Source: an uncultured Planctomycetaceae bacterium (lineage in GTDB: Bacteria; Planctomycetota; Planctomycetia; Planctomycetales; Planctomycetaceae). Taken from it: a stretch of 64,000 nucleotides of DNA. The first letter of the stretch is position 1; each line of letters opens with the position of its first letter. Position numbers and translations under genes: made by a program. The stretch spans positions 320,001 to 384,000 of the forward strand of contig CAWFAK010000007.1 in NCBI GenBank assembly GCA_963813715.1, written 5' to 3'. Below are positions 1-10,200 of this stretch, piece by piece. The notes below the pieces were generated by a model. It worked only from the letters and a program-made list of their open reading frames with translations. It had not been told where the DNA came from and made no database searches.

Positions 1-327
1 TGGTCGCCCCCGGTGGGTCGGCCCAGGACCTCAACGACTCCATCGACGGCCAGATGCTGAGCGGCGAGCGACTGGTGCCGCAGACGACGTCCCACCGTCC
101 GCAAGATTCGGCACAGAGTTCTCCGTGCCGATCTTTTTCATCCAGGGAGATGAGGACTTCACCACTCCGACGTCGCTGGCGGCGAGTATCTCGAAACCAT
201 CAAGGCGCCCCGCAAGGCATTCGTGCCGATTCCGGGAGGGCATTTTGCCGTATTCATCCACGCCGACCGGTTTCTGGCGGAGCTCGTGAAACAAGTGCGC
301 CCCCTAGCGGTGCGGATCAAAAACTGA
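1..327 (+). CDS. 3' end of an alpha/beta-fold hydrolase (partial, frameshifted)
   Basis: Reconstructed reading ...FSVPIFFIQGDEDFTTP...KAFVPIPGGHFAVF...RIKN*. It has the QGxxD acid motif and the GH catalytic His motif. TGA at 325-327. Confidence 0.7.
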
Positions 328-629
328 TCTTGGCCGAATCGCTCTTTTGTGGCTGAATAGGGATAGGCGACCTGCGGCTCAGCGATGTCGCTGCGCGCCG
401 GCATTGCGCGTGGGACCGCACATTGGGTCGGGATAGAATTGTCCGAGCCCCCCGTGTGAACGGAGGGAGATGATCGATAGTCCCGGATTCGGTGCACGTC
501 AACCGGAGCACGGGACGGGACAGAAAGATTGGGACGGGATTGATTGGGACGGCAGCGCACGGGTCGGGACACCGAGGTTGGGACGGGATACGACGATCTC
601 CCGCGTCAGACCGGACCGGTCAATCGTTT

Positions 630-725
630 GCCGGTGGTGGGGATCCCTTTTTCACTAAGCGGGACAAGGAATCCCCAACAGCCGGGACGGGACTCGGGGA
701 CGGGACGGGACACGTTGTTTCACCG
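630..725 (+). repeat. ~95 bp GGGAC-rich repeat unit, copy 1
   Basis: Aligns by eye with 2168-2261 with about 10 differences. Contains a GGGATCC...GGA(A)TCCC hairpin and ends in GGGACGGGACACGTTGTTTCA. Confidence 0.85.
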
Positions 726-776
726 GGCTTTTGCCGCGAAAACGTGAGCGGCCGGTTCCGTAGGGCGAGCTGCCAG

Positions 777-2127
777 TGTATAGACCGGACACATAGGTAA
801 CAGTCGTTCGGACACATAGGTAACACTTTTTGTAGGCTGAGGTCTTCCTTTCCAGGAGGGAGACGGATGCCGTGGCAGGAGTGTGACGTTGTGTCGATGC
901 GGGAAGAGTTTTGCCGTTTGGCGTCGTCGCCAATTCGAAGGTCGCTGTGCTGTGCAGGCGGTTTGGGATTTCGCGGAAGACGGGTTACAAGTGGTTAGGC
1001 CGAGTTCGGTTGGGCGAACCGTGCGTGGATCGTTCGCGTCGTCCTCGGCATTTTCGCGAGCCGACGAGCGCGGCCATTGAGGCGGAGGTGCTGGAGCTGC
1101 GGGATCGGCACCCGGTTTGGGGAGGTCGCAAGCTGCGAGCCCGTCTGTTGGCCCTGGGGCGTCAAGCGGTCCCGGCCGCCAGCACGATCACGGCGATTTT
1201 GCGTCGTCATGGTCGCATCGAGCAGGAGGAGTCACTTCGGCGTGCCCCCGTGCAGCGGTTCGAGCGGGAGGTGCCCAACGAGCTGTGGCAGATGGATTTC
1301 AAGGGCGATTTCCGCATGGTCGACGGTCGTCGCTGCCACCCGTTGACGATCACAGACGATCACTCGCGCTACTCCTTGGGGCTGCGGGCCTGTTTGAACC
1401 AGCGATCCGAGACCGTTCGGGAGAGTCTGCAGGGCGTCTTTCGACGTTACGGCCTTCCCTGGTCGATGTTGATGGACAACGGGACGCCCTGGGCGGTCAC
1501 CCACCGTCGCGGAGGTTACACGAAGCTGTCGGTCTGGTTGTTGCGACACAACATTCGCGTGATCCATGGCCGCCCTTACCACCCCGAGACGCAAGGGAAG
1601 GAAGAGCGATTTCACCGCACGCTGCAGGCGGAAGTGTTGCGCGGCCGGGCCTTCGCGAACTCTGGGGAGGTGCAGCGGGAGTTCGATCGTTGGCGTCAGA
1701 CGTATAACCACGAGCGTCCTCACGAGGCCTTGGGGCTGAGAGTGCCTGGTAGTCGTTACGTGGTCAGCCGACGTGAGTTTCCGGAGCATCTTCCGCCGAT
1801 CGAATACGACGAGGGAGACGAAGTCCGCAAGGTGAATCCCGTGGGGCAACTGAGTTTTCGAGGACAAGTGATCAAGATCAGCGAGGCGTTCTCGGGCGAA
1901 GCCGTCGCTCTTCGGCCGACGACGACCGAGGGAGTCTGGCAGGTGTTTTATTGCTGGCAGAAGATTGCCCGCATTGATCTGCGAGACCGGAACGCGGAGG
2001 GGACGTGATTTTCCGACGCGAGGAAGGCAAAGCCTGCATTCGCTACGCTCACGCAGCCTTTGCCTTCCCCGCCAAACCTGTTACCCATGTGTCCGAACAC
2101 TTGTCACCCATGTGTCCGGTCTCAACA
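777..2127 (+). mobile_element. IS481-family insertion sequence (1351 bp)
   Basis: TGT...ACA ends. ~49-bp imperfect terminal inverted repeats (777-825 and 2079-2127), each with two GGACACAT(A/G)GGT(A/G)ACA-like subrepeats. Direct repeat CTGCCAG at 770-776 and 2128-2134. Confidence 0.93.
867..2008 (+). CDS. IS481-family DDE transposase (one frameshift near 920)
   Basis: GGAGG RBS, then MPWQECDVVSMREEF. HTH LCRRFGISRKTGYKW. rve core WQMDFKG, DDHSRY, MDNG, PETQGKEERFHRT, YNHERPHEAL. Confidence 0.93.
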
Positions 2128-2167
2128 CTGCCAGCTTGCCCGCTTCGTTGCCGGTGAAGGGATCCCC

Positions 2168-2261
2168 GCCGGTGGTAGGGATCCGTTTTCACTAAGGGGG
2201 AAAAGGATCCCCAGCAGCCGGAACGGGACTCGAGGACGGGACGGGACACGTTGTTTCATCG
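2168..2261 (+). repeat. ~95 bp GGGAC-rich repeat unit, copy 2
   Basis: Near-identical to 630-725. Confidence 0.85.
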
Positions 2262-2332
2262 AGAAATGCCCGAAGAAATTGGCCGTCACCCCTGGCCACA
2301 CCCAGCGTTCTCGGCGCAATGAGCGAAAGGCT

Positions 2333-2379
2333 CCCCCTCACCCCCCGGCCCCTCTCGCGCGCAGCGGGGGAGAGGGGAG
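2333..2379. repeat. CCCCTCACCCC...CCCCTCTC/GAGAGGGG REP-like palindrome
   Basis: Inverted repeat 2349-2356 / 2370-2377 preceded by CCCCTCACCCC, a common intergenic repeat type. Confidence 0.7.
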
Positions 2380-2400
2380 AAGGCGAATCAGATCGAAGAC

Positions 2401-2469
2401 CACTGGCGGGCAAGCCGCCAGTGCCACCCGTTTCGCACCCACTGGCGGGCGAGCCGCCAGTGCCACCCG
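2401..2469. repeat. Two tandem 30-bp REP-like palindromes CACTGGCGGGC(A/G)AGCCGCCAGTGCCACCCG
   Basis: Copies at 2401-2430 and 2440-2469 differ at 1 nt. Each forms a CACTGGCGG/CCGCCAGTG stem. Confidence 0.85.
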
Positions 2470-2478
2470 CCGCGGGAT

Positions 2479-4155
2479 CTAGCGTGCCATCGAATCCCGG
2501 TCTGGCCGCCCCGGGTCCAGGGGCATTGCCCCTGGGGGCCCGCGTCTGGGACGCGGTGGCCGATTGCGGACTTGGGCTACGCCCCAGTAGCCGCCGATGA
2601 GGTGGGGGAACTTGCCGGGGGTCACGTGGTAGTGCCAGCCGCGGGCTTCGTCGTGGTGGACGTTGAAGGCGTTGAGCGGGTTCTTGGTTGAATCCTTGGC
2701 CAGCTCGCCGGCCGACTCGTAGGGGCCGTAGATTGGAAAGCCGTCGAAGGCGAAGCCGATCAGCGGCGAGTGGGCGGTGCCGTCGTCGGTCCAGGGCGAT
2801 TTCACGCACGCCGGGTACTTGTGGTAGTGGTACTCGAAGCCGGGACTCGGGTGGCCGCAGCAGCGGTCGAGCCGCCAGATCGCTTCAACCGAGTCGGCGT
2901 CGAACGGGTTGAAGAAGATCACGCCGTTCGTGGCGATGCCGATCGGGCCGCCGGGGAGGGCCCGGTTTTCGTTGTGCGGGTCGATGGCGACGTGGTTCGG
3001 ATTGACCTGCGGCTCGAGCGGAATTCGCCAGACCTGCCGCTGCTCCTGAATGTAGTTGGGATTGCCGTCGAGCGCCCGCCAGCGATCGGGAAAGACGGCC
3101 GTCGGATGGTTCGGCAAGTTGTGCGACCGCACGATCAATTCGGTCTTGGTGAACTCGAGCGTGACGTTGTCCGGCACCAGGCGGTCTTTGGTGACGAGCT
3201 TGCCCTCCAGGTCGAGCCAGCCCTTCCGCAGCCAGGCCTGCATGTTGTCGGCAAACGGCGCCTCGAACCGATCGGTGCGGTAATAGAGCCGGTCGGCGTT
3301 GGAGAAATCGAAATGGGTCGGCGGCGCGGCTGACCGGCTGTGGGCTGCATGCTCGGCGTCGGTCCCGCGCGGATCGTAGTACCAGCGGCCGCCCAGCGGA
3401 ATCAGCGAGTCGGCCGCCGGCTCGGGGAGCTGCGACTCGTTCTTGGCCTTCGATTCGTTCTTTGCCTTCATGCGGGCGACGTAATCGTCCGGATCGGGAA
3501 TGCGGACCAGCTCGAATTCGTTGATCCAGAACTCGGCCTGCTTCGACTTGCCGCTGCCGTGCCCGAAGCCGGCCGTCAGCTCGAGCGTATCGACCTCGGG
3601 GAACGGCGTGCGAAAGACCAGCTCGTAACTTTGCCAGGTTCCGACACCCAGCCGAGCGTTCGTTTGCGAATCGCGAAAGTCTTCACGCTCCTTTTCGACC
3701 TGGGGATAAATCCACTTCTTGATCGAGTCGAGCGAATTGGTGCCGCCGTCGCGAAAGAATTCGACCTTGAGATACAGATCGTCGCGCTGGACGTGAAAGC
3801 CGTCCTGCGCCAGGCCACGGATGCGAAAGCGGTACCAGCGGCCGCCGGTGGCGGAGATATTCGTCACCGTCTCCCGCACCGAGCCGGAGCGCAGATGTCC
3901 TTTCGCGCCATCCGCGCTCGCGAGGAATCGCACTCCGCGTCCGGCCTGCTCGGAGTGCGCGTCCGGGAAGGCACCGTAGACCGCGTCGCCTTCGACTGTG
4001 AAGCTCTTCGACGCCGTTCCCTTTTCGTCGAACCGCGGATGAGCGTTGATTGCCCGGTCGTGCATCGGTGCCGCCAGGGCAGATGGCAGCAGGATGCACG
4101 CCGAGACAATCAACGACAAGGCAATCAACGACAAGGAGCACGCCCGCACGATCAC
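2479..4155 (-). CDS. Secreted YHYH-domain protein
   Basis: N-terminal signal peptide. GPIGIATNGVIFFNP, LDRCCGHP, YHYH, HSPLIGFAFDGFPIYGPY and WHYH motifs. Confidence 0.9.
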   Translation of the reverse strand: MIVRACSLSLIALSLIVSACILLPSALAAPMHDRAINAHPRFDEKGTASKSFTVEGDAVYGAFPDAHSEQAGRGVRFLASADGAKGHLRSGSVRETVTNISATGGRWYRFRIRGLAQDGFHVQRDDLYLKVEFFRDGGTNSLDSIKKWIYPQVEKEREDFRDSQTNARLGVGTWQSYELVFRTPFPEVDTLELTAGFGHGSGKSKQAEFWINEFELVRIPDPDDYVARMKAKNESKAKNESQLPEPAADSLIPLGGRWYYDPRGTDAEHAAHSRSAAPPTHFDFSNADRLYYRTDRFEAPFADNMQAWLRKGWLDLEGKLVTKDRLVPDNVTLEFTKTELIVRSHNLPNHPTAVFPDRWRALDGNPNYIQEQRQVWRIPLEPQVNPNHVAIDPHNENRALPGGPIGIATNGVIFFNPFDADSVEAIWRLDRCCGHPSPGFEYHYHKYPACVKSPWTDDGTAHSPLIGFAFDGFPIYGPYESAGELAKDSTKNPLNAFNVHHDEARGWHYHVTPGKFPHLIGGYWGVAQVRNRPPRPRRGPPGAMPLDPGRPDRDSMAR

Positions 4156-4212
4156 CGTTTCACTCCGGAAGTCGATGCCAATAACAGCGCCGGACTTGCT
4201 CGCCGGGCGATC

Positions 4213-5033
4213 TTACTCTGGTGCCGGACGGTCGGGACGTTGGGGACGATTCGAGTCGCCGTCCTGCGGTCCGCCACCCGGGCCGCCATCGCCGCCCGGG
4301 CCGCCGGGGCCACCAGGTCCGCCCGGACCGCCGCCCGGGCCACCCGCGCCGCCGCGTCCGCCCCGAGCGCCGCGTGGCGCATGTCGAATAAAGTCCTTTG
4401 CGAACTTGGTCAACTCGGCTCGGCTGAGCTTGCCGTCGCCGTCGGCATCGAAGGACATCGCGTGCGCGACGAGTCCGTCCACGGTCGGCGGTCCGCCTTG
4501 GCGTCCGCCGCGACCGCGACGACCACCCTGCCCCCCATTACCGGGTCCACCGCCACCCGGGCCACCCGGCCCACCTGCGCCGTCCGGACCGCCGGGGCCG
4601 GCACCGCCCGGTCCGCCGCGATCTTCTCCAGGCCCGCCGCCGGGACCATCCGGTGGTCCGCCCGGTCCGCCTTCGGCCTGCGGGCCGCGCCCGAATTGTC
4701 CGCCGCGACGACCGCCTCCGGACCGCCGGGTCCGCCCTGGGGATGCAATTCGTCCTCGGTCAGCTTGCCGTCGCCGTTCTTGTCGAGCTTCTTGAGCGCG
4801 GCCGGTGCATTGGCGATTTCTTCGGCCGAAAGCTCGCCGTCGTGATTCGTATCCAAAACTTCCATCAGCGGATTGCGGGGCGGGCCACGACGGCGTCCTC
4901 CGCCCCCCTCATCGGGCGGACCCTGACGCTCGTTGTCGTCACCGCCTCGCGGCGGGCCCTCCGGCGGCTGCGCGACGACGGCCGCCGCGCCCAAAACGCA
5001 GAGCACTCCAACCAGCCAAAACGTGCGACGCAT
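4213..5033 (-). CDS. Secreted EF-hand protein with Gly/Pro-rich linkers (frameshifted)
   Basis: Signal peptide. EF-hand loops DTNHDGELSAEE, DKNGDGKLTEDE and DADGDGKLSRAE, split across ORFs 4410-5033 and 4213-4482. Confidence 0.8.
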
Positions 5034-5078
5034 GAGGTTTCTCCGAAAGCGTGCGTCCGCGGGGACGTGGCACGAAGC

Positions 5079-6416
5079 TCACTTTCCCGCGGCAACGCAA
5101 TAGAGGGCCAGGTTCGACCGCAAAAACAACTCGTTGTTACTGATTGCCGGCGTGGCGTTGAAGTCGGTGTCGTCGGCAGGAAACCGGTTCTGAGCGACGA
5201 TCTTGAACTCGGGCTTTGCCGGCAGCACGAGCGTGCCGTCCCAGCGGGTCACCGCCAGGATTTTGTCGCCGGCCAAAACGGGCGACGCATAAACGGGGCG
5301 TCCCCCCGTCTGCAATCCGGGCACCCGCTGCCGATACTTCACCTCGCCGGAGTTGGCATCCATGCACCAGGCCAGCCCCCGGTCGTCGACCCAATACAAA
5401 TGACTGTCGTAGAGCAAGGGCGTCGAGACGTAGGAACTGTTGCGGCTCGTCCAGAGGACGTTCGACGCGGTGACGTCTCCCTTCCCTCCCGCGCGAATGG
5501 CACAACTTCCCGACGAACGCACGCCGCCGAAGACGAAGACCCGGTCACCATCAACGACGGGACTCGGACAGATGTTGCCGATCAGCTGCGTCTCGACGCG
5601 CCAGCGAAGCTTGCCACGATTCGGATCGAGCCCCCACACCTCGCCGGGCACGGCAAGCACCAGGTCGCTCTTGCCTCCCTTGGTGACGAGGGCCGGCGTG
5701 TCGTAGGCCAGTTCGAGCAGCTTGGCCTCGCTCTTCCAGAGCTGCTTGCCCGTCCGCTTATCGAACGCGCGGAGCGAATTGCTCTCTTCGGAGGCGTTCA
5801 CGATCAGGGCGTCGTCGCACAGGATCAGGCTGGCGGCCGAGCCCCAGCGGCGATCGCTCGACTCGTTGCCGACATGCGCACTCCACAGCTTCTTCCCCTC
5901 GAGGTCGAAGGCAAACACGCCCGACTTGCCGAAAAAGACGTACACGCGCTCGCCGTCGCTCGTCGGCGTGTTGCTGGCGTAGCCGTGCTCGGTGAGGTAG
6001 CCGTTGAAGTCGTCCTCGGGCGAACCGCCGTCGATCATGCGGGTCCACTGGATCTGTCCCGTCTGGCGATCGACACAGACCAGGTGTCGCCGCAACCCGT
6101 CGACGCGGCCCGCTCCGCGCTCGCCCGTGCCGTAGCCGGAGTAGCACGTGACGAAGACGCGCGAGCCGACGACGATCGGGCTGGACGACCCAAATCCTGG
6201 CAGTTTGGCCTTCCAGCGCAGGTTCTCCGATTCGCTCCAAGTCGTCGGCAGGTGAGAGTCGCTGATTCCCGAGCCGTTGGGACCGCGAAACCGCAACCAA
6301 TCGTCGCCGCGAACCGAGCCAACCCCGGCAAACAGGGCAATCGACGCCAGCGCGGCCCAGCCGGCCAACCCTGCGGCACCCACCCTGGTTCGGCTATGAT
6401 TAACGGGATTCATCAT
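5079..6416 (-). CDS. PQQ-binding-like beta-propeller repeat protein (BamB-like)
   Basis: Signal peptide, DWLRFRGPNGSG, SSPIV, YASPV and ATPAI motifs typical of the planctomycete family. Confidence 0.9.
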   Translation of the reverse strand: MMNPVNHSRTRVGAAGLAGWAALASIALFAGVGSVRGDDWLRFRGPNGSGISDSHLPTTWSESENLRWKAKLPGFGSSSPIVVGSRVFVTCYSGYGTGERGAGRVDGLRRHLVCVDRQTGQIQWTRMIDGGSPEDDFNGYLTEHGYASNTPTSDGERVYVFFGKSGVFAFDLEGKKLWSAHVGNESSDRRWGSAASLILCDDALIVNASEESNSLRAFDKRTGKQLWKSEAKLLELAYDTPALVTKGGKSDLVLAVPGEVWGLDPNRGKLRWRVETQLIGNICPSPVVDGDRVFVFGGVRSSGSCAIRAGGKGDVTASNVLWTSRNSSYVSTPLLYDSHLYWVDDRGLAWCMDANSGEVKYRQRVPGLQTGGRPVYASPVLAGDKILAVTRWDGTLVLPAKPEFKIVAQNRFPADDTDFNATPAISNNELFLRSNLALYCVAAGK

Positions 6417-6593
6417 TGTCCGCAGTCTGTTGTGCGTGGCGATCGATTCAAGGGAAGTAACGGAAACCGGTCGACCGCGTCCACGCCCCGCGACGAAGTG
6501 TGTGCCGATTCCGCCGAAAAAGGACGCTGGACGCCGCTTTTCGGCAGGGTTGTGGAGAACGGCAGTCGTTTCTCGTTAAAGAACAGGTGAGTG

Positions 6594-7259
6594 ATGACGG
6601 GCAGACCCTCGGCGCCGGCTGACGAGCAAGCGCTCGTGCTTCGCCTGCGAGAGGGCGACCCGGAGGCGTTGGCCGAGCTGTTCAGCCTGCATCGGGAGCG
6701 GATTTGGCGGATGATCCGTTTCCGCATGGACCGCCGGCTGGTCCGCCCGAATTGACCCCGACGACGTTTTGCAGGAATCGTTCCTTGCCGCCCGGCGCGG
6801 ATCGACAACTTTCTGGCCGAGCCGCACGGCTCGTTCTTCGTCTGGTTGCGGCTGATCGCCCTGCAAACGTTGTTCGACCAGCATCGCCACCATATCGGGG
6901 CCGAGATGCGAAACGCCGGGCGGGACGTGCAACTGGGCGACCGGCCCGACTCGGCCAACACGTCGCTCTGCCTGGCCGCCCAACTGGCCGGAACGATCAC
7001 GTCTCCCAGCGAGGCGGTCGCCGGACTCGAAATGATGCAGCGGCTGGAGCAGGCGATCCGCACGATGGCCGCCCTCGATCAGGAAATCATCGCCATGCGG
7101 CACTTCGAGGATTTGACCAACATCGAGTCGGCCGAGGCCCTGGGCATCAGCCCGACGGCGGCCAGCAACCGCTACGTGCGGGCCATCGCGCGGCTCAAGG
7201 AAATCCTCACGTCGTTCGGCGAGTCCAACTTCGGCGTTCCGGGCAAAAAGTCGTCTTAG
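6594..7259 (+). CDS. ECF sigma-70 factor, planctomycete type (frameshifted)
   Basis: Reconstructed GDPEALAELFSLHRERIWRMIRFRMDRRL..DPDDVLQE..FFVWLRLIA (region 2) and DQEIIAMRHFEDLTNIESAEALGIS (region 4). Confidence 0.88.
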
Positions 7260-7267
7260 GTCCGAGC

Positions 7268-10200
7268 ATGCTCGCCCCCCAACCCGACAGCAATCCGCTC
7301 GAAGCGCTCGCCGCCGACTTCATGGAGCGCCAGCGGCGGGGCGAAATGCCGTCCGTCGAAGAGTACGCGGCCGATCATCCCGAGCTGGCGGACGAAATCC
7401 GCGACTTGTTTCCGACGATCGCTGCGCTGGAGAAAGTGCGGGCGGGCCAGGAAAGCGAAGATTCGCGACGACCGCCCGGCGCGACGCGGCTACAACGCCT
7501 GGGCGACTTCCGCATCCTGCGAGAGATCGGCCGCGGCGGCATGGGCATCGTCTACGAGGCCATGCAGGAGTCGCTTGGCCGTCGCGTGGCGGTGAAAGTG
7601 CTGGCTCGTCACTCGCGGCTCGACGATTCGCACCGCCGGCGATTCCTCCGCGAAGCGCGGACGGCCGGCCGCCTGCACCATACGAACATCGTGCCGATTC
7701 TGGGCGTCGGCGAGCAGGACGGCCTCGACTATTTCGTGATGCAATATATCGAGGGGGTGGGGCTCGACTCAGTCATCGGCCGGCTCCGGAGAACGAGCGG
7801 CACGAATCCTGAGTCGCTGCGGCTCTCGTCGTATTGGCAAGCAGGCGATACCGACGGCAGAATCTCGGCACCGACGCAGCGAGTCGAATCCGTCGCCAAA
7901 GCCGCGTCCGGCAATGGTGTCGCAAACAAAGCGGCAACCAGCGCGGACTTCAGTCTCTCTGACGACGCCGTGCCGCCGACCCCGGGCTCGCAGCCGCAGT
8001 TGGCTGACAACGCGCCGCCGGCCGTCGGTTCGGGGAGTGGTTCCCAGCTCGCCGGGACGCAGCCGTTGCGGCAAATCTGTCGCACGTATTGGCAGGACGT
8101 GGCCTTTGTCGGCCTGCAGGTGGCGCAGGCCCTCGAATATGCGCACAGCCAGGGAACGTTGCATCGCGACGTGAAGCCGGGCAATTTGTTGCTCGACGCC
8201 CAGGGCACAACCTGGGTGGCCGACTTCGGACTGGCCAAAGCCACCGATCAGGATGTCGTCAGCCGCACGGGGGACGTTCTGGGCACCCTGCTCTACATGG
8301 CTCCGGAACAGTGGCGGGGAACGGCCGACGCCCGCAGCGACATCTACAGCCTGGGCGTGACGCTCTACGAGTTGGCGACGCTGCGCGTGCCGCTGCAAGT
8401 TCACGACCGGGTGAAGTCGCTGGGCCGAGTGAGCCCGACCTCGGCCATCACGGCTCCGCGAAAGCTCTGTCCGTCGCTGCCGGTCGACCTGGAAACGATC
8501 GTGATGAAGGCGATGGCCGAAGAGCCCGCACACCGCTATCAAACAGCCGGCGAACTGGCGGCCGATCTCGCGCGATTCCTGCAGGACCAACCGATTTCCG
8601 TCAGCCGGCCCAGCGTGTGGGAACGCTGGCGGCGCTGGCGGCGGCGGAACCCGGCCGCTGCCTACTTTTCGACGGCCGCAGCGGCACTGCTGATCCTCGT
8701 CGTCGTCGTGACGTCGGTCGCCTACGTGAAGACGCGCGTGGCGCTGGCCGACGCCTCGCAAGCCAACGAGGCGCGGGGCCACGCCCTCGCCAACGAAAAG
8801 CTCGAGCGCGAGCGGGCCGAGTCGATGCTCACGACATCGCTGGCCGCCCTCGACAATGTCTTCGATCGGCTTGTTCCGGATCAACGCGACCAGGGGCGTG
8901 CCCTGACTGTCGCCGGCCAGGACCAGCCCACGCCGACGGCCGCCGCATCTCCGGAATCGGCCGCGCTGCTCGAAGAGCTGCTCAAAGTTTACGATCAGCT
9001 CGCGGCAGGACAGACCACGCAGGCGCGGCTCGGCGTCGAGTCGGCGCGAGCCACTCGACGGATCGGCGACATCTACACGCGGCTGGGTGACCTGCCCCGC
9101 GCCGACACCGCCTATCAACAGTCGATCGACAAATACCAGGCGCTGGCGGCCGGCGGGACCGATCCCAAACTCCAGCTCGAAATCGCGCGGTTGCACAACG
9201 ATCTCGGCGCGATCTACGACCGCCAACGAACGAAGGAGAAGTCTCGCCGCGAGTTCACGATGGCCCTCTCGATTCTCCAGCCGCAACTGGCCAGCCCGTC
9301 CTCGGCGGCCGAACGGTTCGAGGCGGCACGGACACACTTCCTGCTGGGACGCGGGTCCGACCCGCAAGGCGAACCGGAACCCCCCAAGGGCGGACCGCAT
9401 CACCATCCCGGTGACGGTCCGCCGCACCATCCTGGTGACGATGGACCGCCCGGTGAGCATCACCGCCCGCCGCCCGGCGAACCTGGCGACGGTCCTCACG
9501 GTGATGGCCCTCCGGATCACGGGCCGCCTGATGACGGACTGCGCGGTGACGGCCCACCTGGTGACAGGCCGCCGGGCGACTGGGACGGCGGACCACCGCC
9601 GGATGATGGTCCGCGTCGCCGTCCGGGGCATCGTCCGCCGCCGCGTGACGGACGTCCCGACGCTCCACCCGACGACGATCCCGGACCGCCGCCCGAGGAA
9701 CGAGGCGAAGGCCCGGATCGATCGCACAACCGACATCACGATGCACCGCCGCCGCGCAAGGCCGACGCGAAGGAACTCGGCTTGGCCATCGGTTTGCTCG
9801 ATCCGCTCATCAAGAGCGATCCGCGGAATCCGGCGTATCGTTACCTGCTTGCCCAGTGTTACCGGGAGCAGGCCGATCCTCGCGCGGCTTCGTCGAGCGA
9901 AGTCGACAAGGCGGAGCAGTTGCTGACCGCGCTCGTCAAAGAACATCCGGATGTGGCCGATTACCACTTCGCGCTGGCCGACACATACGCCATGTCGGAT
10001 ATTCGCTCGCTCTACCCCAAGGACTTTCCGCAGGCCGAGAAGAACTTGCGGGCGGCGCTCGACCAAAGCACCGCGCTCGTCGATCGCAATCCCTACGCGA
10101 CCGACTATGCCGCGCTGCACGTGCACATTCTGCACAAACTGGCGGGCATCTTGCGGCAAAGCCCTCCCGAGCGTGCCGGCTCACCAACCACCGTCGACGA

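Noticed and set aside
500..730. CRISPR-like appearance of the GGGAC repeats
   Set aside because: No constant-length repeats with unique spacers, and no cas genes.
867..930. Programmed frameshift in the IS481 transposase
   Set aside because: No clear slippery site, IS481 transposases are normally a single ORF, and indels are common in this contig.
6704..7267. N-terminal extension of the 1308-aa kinase ORF
   Set aside because: It is an off-frame reading of the sigma factor gene. The kinase starts at 7268.
3340..10159. Long antisense ORFs (3340-4845, 4653-6590, 7769-10159) and similar ones elsewhere
   Set aside because: Shadow frames of real genes in GC-rich DNA, Arg/Ala/Gly-rich and without motifs.
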